From the NCBI GenBank assembly GCA_965224465.1, contig OZ245049.1, forward strand, positions 5,070,001 to 5,102,000: DNA of 32,000 bases. Reading direction: 5' to 3'. Position 1 is the stretch's first letter, and each line of letters starts with the position of its first letter. The notes under the pieces are model-generated. The model saw nothing but the letters and a program-made list of their open reading frames with translations. It did no database searches and had not been told where the DNA came from. Of the stretch, positions 9,052 through 16,651 are shown in pieces. A program made the position numbers and the translations under genes. The DNA is from Flavobacteriaceae bacterium (GTDB lineage Bacteria > Bacteroidota > Bacteroidia > Flavobacteriales > Flavobacteriaceae).

Positions 9052-9209
9052 ACTAAATACATTTCCAAGTTTCGGTTTAGAAATGGAATTATTTTTTGTT
9101 TTAGTTAGGTGAAAGGGCTTAGGATAGCCATAGGTGTCGTTTTGTTTTTTCAACTACACGAGAACGTAAAACAAACTATTTATATCGGTTATTTTGGATT
9201 GTAATTGAT
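9052..9209 (+). repeat. intergenic repeat family, copy C (full length, about 158 bp)
   Basis: Runs from CTAAATACATTTCCAAGTTTCGGTTTAGAAATGGAATTATTTTTT to GAGAACGTAAAACAAACTATTTATATCGGTTATTTTGGATTGTAATTGAT. It lies between divergent add and bcp. Confidence 0.7.
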
Positions 9210-9260
9210 ATAATATTGGTGTTTTGTTAAAAATAGCGACCTTTGTGAAAAATAAAACTA

Positions 9261-9797
9261 ATGAAGAAACTTATACCAGTAGTAATTGTTGTAATCAGTG
9301 TAATTATGGGATTTAAAATTTTTAATAAGGAAGAGGATAAAAATGGATTAGAAATTGGAGACAAGGTGCCTCCTTTTGAATTGTTAGATCAAAATGGCGC
9401 ATCGTTTGTAAGTACTTCGGTAATTGGAAAACAAGTTGTGGTTATTTATTTTTATCCAAAAGATGATACACCGGGTTGTACAAAACAAGCCTGTAGATTT
9501 AGGGATGAGTTTGAAGCGTTTTCTGACTTAAATGTTAAAGTAATTGGGATTAGTAAAGGTTCTGTGGAGTCTCACAAAGCTTTTGAAGTAAAATATCAAC
9601 TTCCTTTTACTTTATTAGCAGATGTTGATAACCAGGTTCGGAAATTGTTTGGAGTCCCTAAAAGTGCTTTAGGCTTGTTTCCTGGGCGTGTTACATATAT
9701 TGTAGATAATCAAGGGGTAATTCAATATGTTTTTGATGATATGATGCATGCAGAAAAACATATAGACGAGGCTCTGAAATTTTTAAAAAGCGAGTAG
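9261..9797 (+). CDS. bcp: Bcp-type peroxiredoxin (thiol peroxidase)
   Basis: 178-aa ORF. Contains FYPKDDTPGCTKQACRFRD (peroxidatic Cys in TPGCT, with a second Cys five residues later). The full ORF has a hydrophobic N-terminal helix. An alternative ATG at 9306 would give a soluble form. Confidence 0.85.
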   Translation: MKKLIPVVIVVISVIMGFKIFNKEEDKNGLEIGDKVPPFELLDQNGASFVSTSVIGKQVVVIYFYPKDDTPGCTKQACRFRDEFEAFSDLNVKVIGISKGSVESHKAFEVKYQLPFTLLADVDNQVRKLFGVPKSALGLFPGRVTYIVDNQGVIQYVFDDMMHAEKHIDEALKFLKSE

Positions 9798-9847
9798 ATT
9801 CATCGAGATTAGTGGAGTAAAAAGAGAATAGATTAGTGTAATTAATG

Positions 9848-9855
9848 TAATTTTG
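9848..9855 (+). promoter_or_regulatory. candidate Bacteroidota -7 box (TAATTTTG)
   Basis: Matches TAnnTTTG 24 nt upstream of the ATG at 9879. No clear -33 TTTG. Confidence 0.35.
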
Positions 9856-9878
9856 TACAAAATTAAAAATTTAGGATT

Positions 9879-10145
9879 ATGGCAAGTATAAAAAATTTAA
9901 AAAAAGACATTAACTATGTTTTGGGGGATATTATTGAAGAATGTTATATTTGGGAGCTTGAAAACCCTAAAAAAGATACCGTAAATACAGAAGCTATTAT
10001 TAATGATGTTTTTGTTACTTTCGACGCTTTGTTAGTGCGTGTTTCTGATAAAAATATAGAAAACAAAAAAGCACATTACAAACTAATTAGTGAGGATTTA
10101 GAAAAAGTAGCTTCAGAGTTTATTGTGAAGGTAAATAACCTTTAG
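9879..10145 (+). CDS. hypothetical small protein
   Basis: 88-aa ORF in its own intergenic context, with helical, charged composition. No motif recognised. Confidence 0.5.
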   Translation: MASIKNLKKDINYVLGDIIEECYIWELENPKKDTVNTEAIINDVFVTFDALLVRVSDKNIENKKAHYKLISEDLEKVASEFIVKVNNL

Positions 10146-10268
10146 CTTATAGTTAATTGTTCTTAATAAAGCGTTAAAATGTTTTTAGTGTTGGTTTAAT
10201 TTATTAAATTAGCGTAATAATTTAGTGACGGTTGCGTTATTAAATTAAGTAATTAAAACAATTTATTT

Positions 10269-10484
10269 ATGGCAAGAGCAATGTTCGAGTATACCAAGAC
10301 CATACTCAAAAAAGTAAGCTTCAATAAAGAGTTATTTGTAAACGAATTAGAAAAAGCATTACAAAGGTTGTTACCTTTTGAAATAACGGAACTTTATTTA
10401 TGGCTTGAATCATTTACAAGAAATAAACCAGAATTAAATGGGTGTATAACCTTAGTAGAACATATAGATAAAAGGAGCTTTTAA
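10269..10484 (+). CDS. hypothetical small protein
   Basis: 71-aa ORF (MARAMFEYTKTILKK...). The 3' end overlaps the oxyR 3' end by 4 nt and lies inside the terminator hairpin. Confidence 0.5.
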   Translation: MARAMFEYTKTILKKVSFNKELFVNELEKALQRLLPFEITELYLWLESFTRNKPELNGCITLVEHIDKRSF

Positions 10485-10493
10485 GCTCCTTTT
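10470..10493. terminator. bidirectional terminator built from the overlapping 3' ends of two convergent genes
   Basis: AAAAGGAGC-TTTTAA-GCTCCTTTT. A 9-bp stem (10470-10478 / 10485-10493) includes A/T-run arms. It contains the stop codons of both 10269..10484 (+) and 10481..11428 (-). Confidence 0.6.
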
Positions 10494-11428
10494 TTTTGTA
10501 ATGGACTTATTATTTTTATGTCATTAAAAGAAATTGCTCCTCGTACAACGCCATCAATTACATTTTTTAAGGCTTCTATTAATTGAATCTTCAATTGTGA
10601 TTTATGATAGAGTAAACTAACTTCTCTGGCAGGTACTGGTGCTTCAAATTCCCTTAAGTTTTCGCAATCGGTATCAGACAAATCAAGTGTTTGTAGATAG
10701 GGGAGTAGTGTCATACCCAGCCCTTCTTTTGATAATTTTATAAGGGTGTTAAAACTTCCACTCTCTAGTTGAAATGTACTATTTGGTTTTTTTCGATAAG
10801 CACTGCATAAATTAACAACACTATCTTTAAAACAATGGCCATCTTCTAATAACAGAATGTCATCAATATCTAAATCGTTTATATTTATTTTTTTAGAAGA
10901 AGATAAGCGGTGTTCTTCTGGTACATAGCCTACAAAAGGTTCGTGGTAAAGCAAGCGTTCTTTAATAACGTCATTTTCTAGAGGAGTTGCTGCAATACCA
11001 ACGTCTAAATGACCATCCGTTAATTTTTTAATGATTTCTTCTGTCGTTAGCTCCTCTATTTTTAATTGAACTTTTGGGTATTTACGTATAAAAATTTTTA
11101 AAAACATAGGAAGTAGCGTTGGCATTATCGTAGGTATAATCCCTAATTTGAACTCCCCTCCAATAAACCCTTTTTGTTGATCTACAATATCTATGATGCG
11201 ATTGCTCTCATCTACAATAATTTTTGCTTGCATCACTATTTTCTCCCCAATAGGCGTTAATTGTATCGGTTTTTTGTTCCGATTAAAAATTTTAGCTTTT
11301 AATTCGTCTTCTAATTTTTGTATTTGCATACTCAATGTTGGTTGAGTGACAAAACAGTGCTCAGAAGCTACGGTGAAATTCTTGTACTCGGCTACAGAAA
11401 GCACATATTTTAATTGGGTAATTGTCAT
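10481..11428 (-). CDS. oxyR: LysR-family hydrogen-peroxide sensor/regulator OxyR
   Basis: 315-aa ORF. The N-terminal wHTH is TITQLKYVLSVAEYKNFTVASEHCFVTQPTLSMQIQKLEDEL. EDGHCFKDSVVNLC reproduces the E. coli OxyR GHCLRDQAMGFC redox pair, with two Cys separated by 8 residues. It is divergent from dps. Confidence 0.85.
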   Translation of the reverse strand: MTITQLKYVLSVAEYKNFTVASEHCFVTQPTLSMQIQKLEDELKAKIFNRNKKPIQLTPIGEKIVMQAKIIVDESNRIIDIVDQQKGFIGGEFKLGIIPTIMPTLLPMFLKIFIRKYPKVQLKIEELTTEEIIKKLTDGHLDVGIAATPLENDVIKERLLYHEPFVGYVPEEHRLSSSKKININDLDIDDILLLEDGHCFKDSVVNLCSAYRKKPNSTFQLESGSFNTLIKLSKEGLGMTLLPYLQTLDLSDTDCENLREFEAPVPAREVSLLYHKSQLKIQLIEALKNVIDGVVRGAISFNDIKIISPLQKKGA

Positions 11429-11535
11429 CGTTATAAATTTATTTGATAAAGATATTAAAACTATTGATTATGTTTATATGTATTTACTGTTTTTTTTGAA
11501 CAATTTTGCAGTATAGAAATTTAAAATTATATAAA

Positions 11536-12009
11536 ATGAATACAACACGCATTGGACTAGACGTTCAGAAATCAATAGTACTAGCTACAAATTTAAACAG
11601 TTTATTGGCAAATTTCCAAGTTTATTATCAAAATTTACGTGGCTTGCATTGGAATATTCAAGGGAAGTCGTTTTTTGAGTTACATGTTAAATTCGAAGAG
11701 CTATATACAGACTCTCAAGAAAAAATAGACATGATTGCAGAGCGTATTTTAACTTTAGGAGGTGTGCCATTACACAGCTTTGAAGATTATTTAAAATTAG
11801 CCAAGATTCCCATTGGTAAAAATATATCAAAAGATACGGTAGCTGTAGCTTTAGTATTAAATTCTTTAAGTGAATTACTGAAAATAGAAAGAGAATTATT
11901 AGTAAGCTCAGATGATGCTCAAGATGAGGGAACCAATTCTATGATGAGTGATTTTATTGCGGAACAAGAAAAAACTATTTGGATGTTAACAGCATGGATG
12001 GCAAATTAA
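11536..12009 (+). CDS. dps: Dps-family DNA-protecting ferritin-like protein
   Basis: Contains LNSLLANFQVYYQNLRGLHWNIQGKSFFELHVKFEELY...AERILTLGG, a Dps ferroxidase-centre pattern. I prefer the ATG at 11536 (MNTTRIG...) over the track start at 11506, which lies in the likely promoter. Confidence 0.85.
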   Translation: MNTTRIGLDVQKSIVLATNLNSLLANFQVYYQNLRGLHWNIQGKSFFELHVKFEELYTDSQEKIDMIAERILTLGGVPLHSFEDYLKLAKIPIGKNISKDTVAVALVLNSLSELLKIERELLVSSDDAQDEGTNSMMSDFIAEQEKTIWMLTAWMAN

Positions 12010-12040
12010 CATTCAAATAGTTTTTGAATGGTATAATTCT

Positions 12041-12083
12041 TAAGTTGTAAGTGTTAAATTAAGATTTTAACACTTACAACTTA
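12041..12083. terminator. long perfect inverted repeat / bidirectional terminator between convergent dps and acyltransferase
   Basis: TAAGTTGTAAGTGTTAAA-TTAAGAT-TTTAACACTTACAACTTA. An 18-bp perfect stem (12041-12058 / 12066-12083). It is preceded by a second 8-bp hairpin, CATTCAAA-TAGTT-TTTGAATG, at 12010-12030. Confidence 0.55.
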
Positions 12084-12091
12084 TAATTATT

Positions 12092-12904
12092 TTAATAGGT
12101 GTTCCAGAATTTACGCTTTTTATTTAAAGCAGCTTCTTCCTTGGCGTATTGGTCTACCGGAGTTACTTTTAACATTGATGGGTGCTGTTCTATAGCCATT
12201 TCTAATTGGGTGACTATTTTTGCAATGTCATCGTTCTCATAGTCTATTTCCAAAGGTGGTTTTATCACCATTGATTGTAGTACACCACGTTTTTTTATTC
12301 GGAGTCCTTTTTTATCAAAAGAGCGTCTAAATCCATCTATTACGATAGGTATAACTATTGGTTTATAAGTTTTTATGATATGAGCTGTTCCTCTACGGAT
12401 AGGGTTAAAGGGTTTTGTAGTTCCTTGTGGAAATGTAATCACCCATCCATCGTCTAATGCTTTTCCTATATTAGAGATGTCAGACATCTTTACTTGTCTG
12501 TTTACGTTTTTTCCCGAATTTCTCCATGTTCTATCTATAGATACAGAACCTGCATAGGCAAATATCTTAGGCAATAAGCCCGATCGCATGGTTTCTGCTG
12601 CAGCTACAAAGTAAATATTCAATTTTGGATCCCAAATATACCCAATGTTTTTAATAGTGTCTACTCGGTTTTTTAGGGATGCATTAAAAACATGAAACAT
12701 TGCTGCAACATCTGCAAAATATGTTTGATGGTTTGATACAAATAGGACATTTTGATCAGGGAGGTCTCGTAATATTTCTGAGCCTTCTATTTGTAATTTG
12801 TTAAATCGTCTATAACGACCATGTGATACAATTCCGAAAAATCGGATCAACCACCTTTTTACAAATAAAATATGACCAAACGGGTTTCGTTTAAATAGTG
12901 CCAT
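12092..12904 (-). CDS. lysophospholipid (1-acyl-glycerol-3-phosphate type) acyltransferase family protein
   Basis: 270-aa ORF. Contains VSNHQTYFAD (an HxxxxD-like catalytic block, here with five intervening residues) and a later FPQGTT block (FPEGTR-like). Confidence 0.7.
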   Translation of the reverse strand: MALFKRNPFGHILFVKRWLIRFFGIVSHGRYRRFNKLQIEGSEILRDLPDQNVLFVSNHQTYFADVAAMFHVFNASLKNRVDTIKNIGYIWDPKLNIYFVAAAETMRSGLLPKIFAYAGSVSIDRTWRNSGKNVNRQVKMSDISNIGKALDDGWVITFPQGTTKPFNPIRRGTAHIIKTYKPIVIPIVIDGFRRSFDKKGLRIKKRGVLQSMVIKPPLEIDYENDDIAKIVTQLEMAIEQHPSMLKVTPVDQYAKEEAALNKKRKFWNTY

Positions 12905-12951
12905 GTAAATGTTAAGTTTTAGTTGCGGCTAAAATACAAAAGAAAATCTAT

Positions 12952-13584
12952 CTATGCCTGTTTTAACATGTGTTTGATTTCATTTAACATCATCGCCGTT
13001 GCTCCCCATACAATATGACCGTTAAAATTAAAGCAAGGAGTCTTCATGTCTGTTTGATAGGATGTAGTAATGTTAGTTGTACCACTGTTTTTTTCATTGA
13101 GTAATTCAGAGAGCTTTATTTCTATGATAGCTTCTACCTCGTTGTTTGGTGTAAATACGGGCGTACTCTCACAAAGTCCAAGAAAGGGAGTTACCAAAAA
13201 ATTACTTGGAGGAATATAGGTGGTGGTTAATTCCTTTATGATTTTAATACACCCTGCATTGATTCCAAACTCCTCTTCTGTTTCTCTCAATGCCGTATGT
13301 TCTAGATTCTTATCTGAAAGTTCTGCTTTTCCTCCTGGGAAGCTTATTTGAGCAGAATGTGTTCCATTGTATTGTGCACGTTGCATCAGTGAAAAATAGA
13401 CTTCCTTTTTTATATCTGGATAAAATAAGGCTATTACGGCAGCTTTTCGTGGGTTTTTACCCGCAATGGAATCTTCAGATATTCTTTTTCGTATTTCTGG
13501 AGCCATTTCTAACAGAATAGAAATGCCCCCAAGTGGCTTTTGAATTGCTTTTTGTAAGTGAGATTTAAAAATATTAAAATTCAT
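12952..13584 (-). CDS. NUDIX hydrolase, CoA pyrophosphatase-like
   Basis: 210-aa ORF. Nudix box is GGKAELSDKNLEHTALRETEEEFGI. It is preceded by MQRAQYNGTHSAQISFPGG, resembling the NudL/CoAse signature. Confidence 0.8.
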   Translation of the reverse strand: MNFNIFKSHLQKAIQKPLGGISILLEMAPEIRKRISEDSIAGKNPRKAAVIALFYPDIKKEVYFSLMQRAQYNGTHSAQISFPGGKAELSDKNLEHTALRETEEEFGINAGCIKIIKELTTTYIPPSNFLVTPFLGLCESTPVFTPNNEVEAIIEIKLSELLNEKNSGTTNITTSYQTDMKTPCFNFNGHIVWGATAMMLNEIKHMLKQA

Positions 13585-13613
13585 TTGGCTATAGTGTACC
13601 TAAAAATACAGGA

Positions 13614-13649
13614 GGCTAAAAAAAGCAAGATAGGATTCTTCTATCTTGC
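13614..13649 (-). terminator. rho-independent terminator after the small lipoprotein pair
   Basis: The minus strand reads GCAAGATAG-AAGAATC-CTATCTTGC-TTTTTTT. The 9-bp stem (13625-13633 / 13641-13649) overlaps the TAG stop. Confidence 0.6.
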
Positions 13650-13808
13650 GTTCTCTGTTTTTTTAACCTGTATTATCGTTGTTTTTTGGAGTTTTTTACT
13701 CGTATCTACATCACTCGTCAGTCCACAACCACAATTTGTAGCTCCACAGCCAACAAATAGAAAGATTGAACTTATTAATAATGCAGATTTTAGGAGTTTT
13801 TTTATCAT
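13641..13808 (-). CDS. mini-lipoprotein (55 aa), paralog 2, not in ORF track
   Basis: Hand translation gives MIKKLLKSALLISSIFLFVGCGATNCGCGLTSDVDTSKKLQKTTIIQVKKTENAR. It has a signal peptide plus lipobox FVGC. The mature N-terminus CGATNCGCGLTSD is shared with the upstream paralog. The gene is followed by a terminator. Confidence 0.55.
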   Translation of the reverse strand: MIKKLLKSALLISSIFLFVGCGATNCGCGLTSDVDTSKKLQKTTIIQVKKTENAR

Positions 13809-13819
13809 TTTACTTAGTT

Positions 13820-13975
13820 TTATACGGATTCAGAACTTATATTTTCCTGAAATTCGATGGGTTTGGGGCTTGTAGTTGAGTCACTGGTTAATCCGCATCC
13901 CCCGGAATTAATGGCTCCGCACGATGTTAACGTTAAACATATTACTACTATTACAATTGATCTAGTTATTTTCAT
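13820..13975 (-). CDS. mini-lipoprotein (51 aa), paralog 1, not in ORF track
   Basis: Hand translation gives MKITRSIVIVVICLTLTSCGAINSGGCGLTSDSTTSPKPIEFQENISSESV. It has a signal peptide plus lipobox LTSC and the shared CGA-x-N-x-G-(G)-CGLTSD block. It lies 11 nt upstream of paralog 2. Confidence 0.55.
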   Translation of the reverse strand: MKITRSIVIVVICLTLTSCGAINSGGCGLTSDSTTSPKPIEFQENISSESV

Positions 13976-14016
13976 TTATAAGTTTTATATGTTTCAACGT
14001 AAAATAGGGTAATATA

Positions 14017-14889
14017 TTATTCTTTTAGCTTATCTAATGTGAATTCTATTAATTTTTCTACTGCGGAATATGGGTCTTTACTAAAGGTTCCATTTGCTCG
14101 ATTCGCAATTATAGCGTTTAAAGAACATGCTTTGTGTCCTAATAATTTTGATAAACCATAAATTGCAGATGTTTCCATTTCTAAATTGGTTATTTTAGTT
14201 CCTTCAAATTCAAAACCATCCATTTTATTATTGAGCTCTGCGTCTTGCAATGCCAAACGTAGCACACGTCCTTGTGGTCCATAAAAACCAGGGGCAGTTG
14301 CCGTAATTCCCTTAAATAAAATAGGATCGGATAATTGAGCTTCTAAAGAAGCACTGTTCTTTACTATATAGGGTCTTGCTTTGCGATTGCTCCAGTTTGT
14401 ATGTGCAATAAAAGCATCTTCCATACGGGCTTCTAAGATAGATTCACAGGCATAAGATTGGAGCATTCCATCCAGTCCTAATCCGTATTTTGCCAATACA
14501 AAGCTGTCCACAGGAATGTCGCTTTGTAAAGAGCCAGAGGTTCCAATACGTACTATTTTGAGTTGGGTATGTTCTTTTTTTACGGTTCTTGTTTTTAAAT
14601 CTATGTTTACCAATGCGTCTAATTCGTTGATAACAATGTCTATATTGTCAGGGCCAATTCCAGTAGACATTACCGTCATTCGTGTCCCTTTATAGGTTCC
14701 TGTTATTGTTTTAAACTCACGTTTTTGTGTTTGAAATTCTATGGAATCAAAATGCTTGGTTATTTTTTCTACCCTGTTCTGATCTCCTACAAATAGGATT
14801 GTAGTGGCAATATGTTCTGGTAATAAGTTTAAGTGATAAACGCTACCGTCGGGGTTTAATATTAATTCTGAATCTGCTATTCTGCTCAT
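14017..14889 (-). CDS. nucleoside phosphorylase (PNP/UDP family)
   Basis: 290-aa ORF. Contains IVRIGTSGSLQ and NLEMETSAIYGL motifs typical of uridine/purine nucleoside phosphorylase family 1. Confidence 0.8.
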   Translation of the reverse strand: MSRIADSELILNPDGSVYHLNLLPEHIATTILFVGDQNRVEKITKHFDSIEFQTQKREFKTITGTYKGTRMTVMSTGIGPDNIDIVINELDALVNIDLKTRTVKKEHTQLKIVRIGTSGSLQSDIPVDSFVLAKYGLGLDGMLQSYACESILEARMEDAFIAHTNWSNRKARPYIVKNSASLEAQLSDPILFKGITATAPGFYGPQGRVLRLALQDAELNNKMDGFEFEGTKITNLEMETSAIYGLSKLLGHKACSLNAIIANRANGTFSKDPYSAVEKLIEFTLDKLKE

Positions 14890-14989
14890 GATTATTCGTA
14901 TTTATCGTTTTGTAATACTCCATACTATTGAGTAGTCGAATGTACAAATAATAGTCCCTATTTCATGATAATGTTAATAAGTATAAGGC

Positions 14990-15340
14990 TTAACCTCCCA
15001 CACGTTTTACATTGTATCCTTCTTTTTTTAGAAGCTCCATTATTTTATCTCTGTATTTTCCTTGGATTACAATTTCTCCGTCTTTGACAGTGCCACCGAC
15101 CCCACATTTTGTTTTTAGTTTTTTACCTAAAATTTTTAAATCTGTACCAGTACCTACAAAACCTCTAATCACGGTTACTGTTTTCCCTCCACGTCCTTTA
15201 TTAGAAAATAATGCTTCTAAAAACTGCTCTTTTGGGGGGCTTGTTTCTGTAGATTCTTCGGAGTTATAATCAAAATTAGTGTCTGTAGAAAACACAAATC
15301 CACCCAATGATTCTAAACTGTTTAATTTCTTTTTCGCCAT
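14990..15340 (-). CDS. yciH: SUI1/eIF1-like translation initiation factor (YciH family)
   Basis: 116-aa ORF. Contains GRGGKTVTVIRGF...LKTKCGVGGTVKDGEIVIQGKYRDKIMELLKKEGYNVKRVGG, the classic SUI1 domain. Confidence 0.85.
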   Translation of the reverse strand: MAKKKLNSLESLGGFVFSTDTNFDYNSEESTETSPPKEQFLEALFSNKGRGGKTVTVIRGFVGTGTDLKILGKKLKTKCGVGGTVKDGEIVIQGKYRDKIMELLKKEGYNVKRVGG

Positions 15341-15501
15341 TTTTTTTGTATATAATATTTACGAATTGCAATTGCAAAGATGATTGCTGCAAATGCAATA
15401 ACACCGATTCCACACCAGTGACAAGACTCCTTTATTTTAACAGATCCTAAAAGTAGCATCATTCCCATTAAGGCATATTGTGAAGGGCTTGTGGTGTTCA
15501 T
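15322..15501 (-). CDS. small two-helix membrane protein (59 aa)
   Basis: I prefer the ATG at 15501 (MNTTSPSQYALMGMMLLLGSVKIKESCHWCGIGVIAFAAIIFAIAIRKYYIQKKWRKRN). It overlaps the upstream stop as TAATG. The 3' end overlaps the yciH start by 19 nt. Confidence 0.5.
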   Translation of the reverse strand: MNTTSPSQYALMGMMLLLGSVKIKESCHWCGIGVIAFAAIIFAIAIRKYYIQKKWRKRN

Positions 15502-15668
15502 TATTTTTTTATCTTTTGCCAAATAAATAATAGGGCAGTTAATAACTCAAACATCAGGCCAATTGCCATGATTAAATTGGATTGGTTCCAGTCCATTATT
15601 TTTCCAATCGCTCCAACGATTACCAATACAATTCCAAAGGAAAAAAAGGGGATGATTTGTTTCTTCAT
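15501..15668 (-). CDS. small two-helix membrane protein (55 aa), not in ORF track
   Basis: Hand translation gives MKKQIIPFFSFGIVLVIVGAIGKIMDWNQSNLIMAIGLMFELLTALLFIWQKIKK. Its ATG overlaps the stop of the 2OG oxygenase gene (TAATG), and its own stop overlaps the next ATG in the same way. Confidence 0.5.
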   Translation of the reverse strand: MKKQIIPFFSFGIVLVIVGAIGKIMDWNQSNLIMAIGLMFELLTALLFIWQKIKK

Positions 15669-16615
15669 TATTTTATAAGTCCTAATTCTATTAATCGTTG
15701 ATTTAAAAATTCACCAGCTGTAATGTCTTCATACGCTTTTGGATTTTCCTTAGTAATACACGCTTCCAAACAGTTTAAAGACATGTCTCCAACTGGGTGA
15801 GTGAAAAAAGGAATGGAATACCTAGAATTTCCCCACTCGCTTTCTGGTGGATTTACCACACGGTGAATAGTAGAGCGCAGTTTATTATTTGTTAGGCGTT
15901 CTAGCATATCTCCTACATTTATGACCAATTGTTCTGGAAGTGCAGTTACTGGGATCCAATCTCCATTTTTATGTTGTACTTCCAAACCAGCAGCAGAGGC
16001 TCCCATTAATAATGTAATTAAATTGATGTCTCCATGGGCAGCAGCTCGCACAGCTCCTTTTGGTTTTCCTACAATAGGAGGGTAGTGGATAGGACGTAAA
16101 ATACTGTTTCCATTGCATATGTATTTGTCAAAATACAATTCGTCTAAACCTATGTATAGTGCCAATGCACGCAATACATACGTAGCTGTTTTTTCTAAGT
16201 TTTTATAGGTTTCTAATCCCGTACTGTTAAAATGTTCTAATTCTTGAACGTGTACGTTTGCTGGATATTCTTTTTTTAGTTTTTCGTTATTTATTACTTC
16301 TTGTCCAAAATGCCAGAATTCTTTTAAATCTCCTTCTTTTTTTCCTTTGGCACTTTCTTTTCCAAAAGAAGTATATCCACGTTGTCCACCGATTCCTTCT
16401 ATTTCATACGATTTTTTTATGTCTTCTGGTAGGTCAAAAAAGCTGGAGACTTCCGCATATAAATTTTTACTTAAGGAATCACTTAAAAAATGTCCTTTTA
16501 AGGCAACAAAACCAATTTCTTCGTAGGCTTTTCCAATCTCTAAAATAAACTTTTCTTTTCTCTGTAAGTCTTTAGATAAGAAATCCGATAAGTCGACACT
16601 TGGTATATTTTGCAT
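15668..16615 (-). CDS. 2-oxoglutarate/Fe(II)-dependent oxygenase (isopenicillin N synthase-like family)
   Basis: 315-aa ORF. Contains IHYPP, the AAAHGDINLITLL (HxD) facial triad, a distal His in RSTIHRV, and an N-terminal DIOX_N-like region. Confidence 0.8.
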   Translation of the reverse strand: MQNIPSVDLSDFLSKDLQRKEKFILEIGKAYEEIGFVALKGHFLSDSLSKNLYAEVSSFFDLPEDIKKSYEIEGIGGQRGYTSFGKESAKGKKEGDLKEFWHFGQEVINNEKLKKEYPANVHVQELEHFNSTGLETYKNLEKTATYVLRALALYIGLDELYFDKYICNGNSILRPIHYPPIVGKPKGAVRAAAHGDINLITLLMGASAAGLEVQHKNGDWIPVTALPEQLVINVGDMLERLTNNKLRSTIHRVVNPPESEWGNSRYSIPFFTHPVGDMSLNCLEACITKENPKAYEDITAGEFLNQRLIELGLIK

Positions 16616-16651
16616 AGTTTAGTAGTTAGTAGATTATAAATTTACAAAAAA

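Noticed and set aside
8959-9153. 64-aa minus-strand ORF spanning the add start and repeat copy C
   Set aside because: It overlaps the add N-terminus out of frame and runs through a repeat element. The 96-aa and 60-aa plus-strand ORFs at 20114..20404 and 20214..20396 do the same through the rlmD start and copy D. No coding features are present.
11506-11535. N-terminal extensions in track ORFs (Dps from 11506, RlmD from 20304, lipoprotein from 17837, small membrane protein from 15522)
   Set aside because: Internal ATGs give canonical N-termini, either a signal peptide or a homologue-like start. The RlmD extension starts at a TTG and the Dps extension lies inside the likely promoter.
13558-13875. 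105-aa plus-strand ORF from the track
   Set aside because: Its composition is low-complexity and Phe/Leu/Ile-rich, with no start context. It overlaps the 5' end of the NUDIX gene. It lies exactly antisense to two paralogous signal-peptide/lipobox ORFs that end in a terminator, so the minus-strand reading explains the region better.
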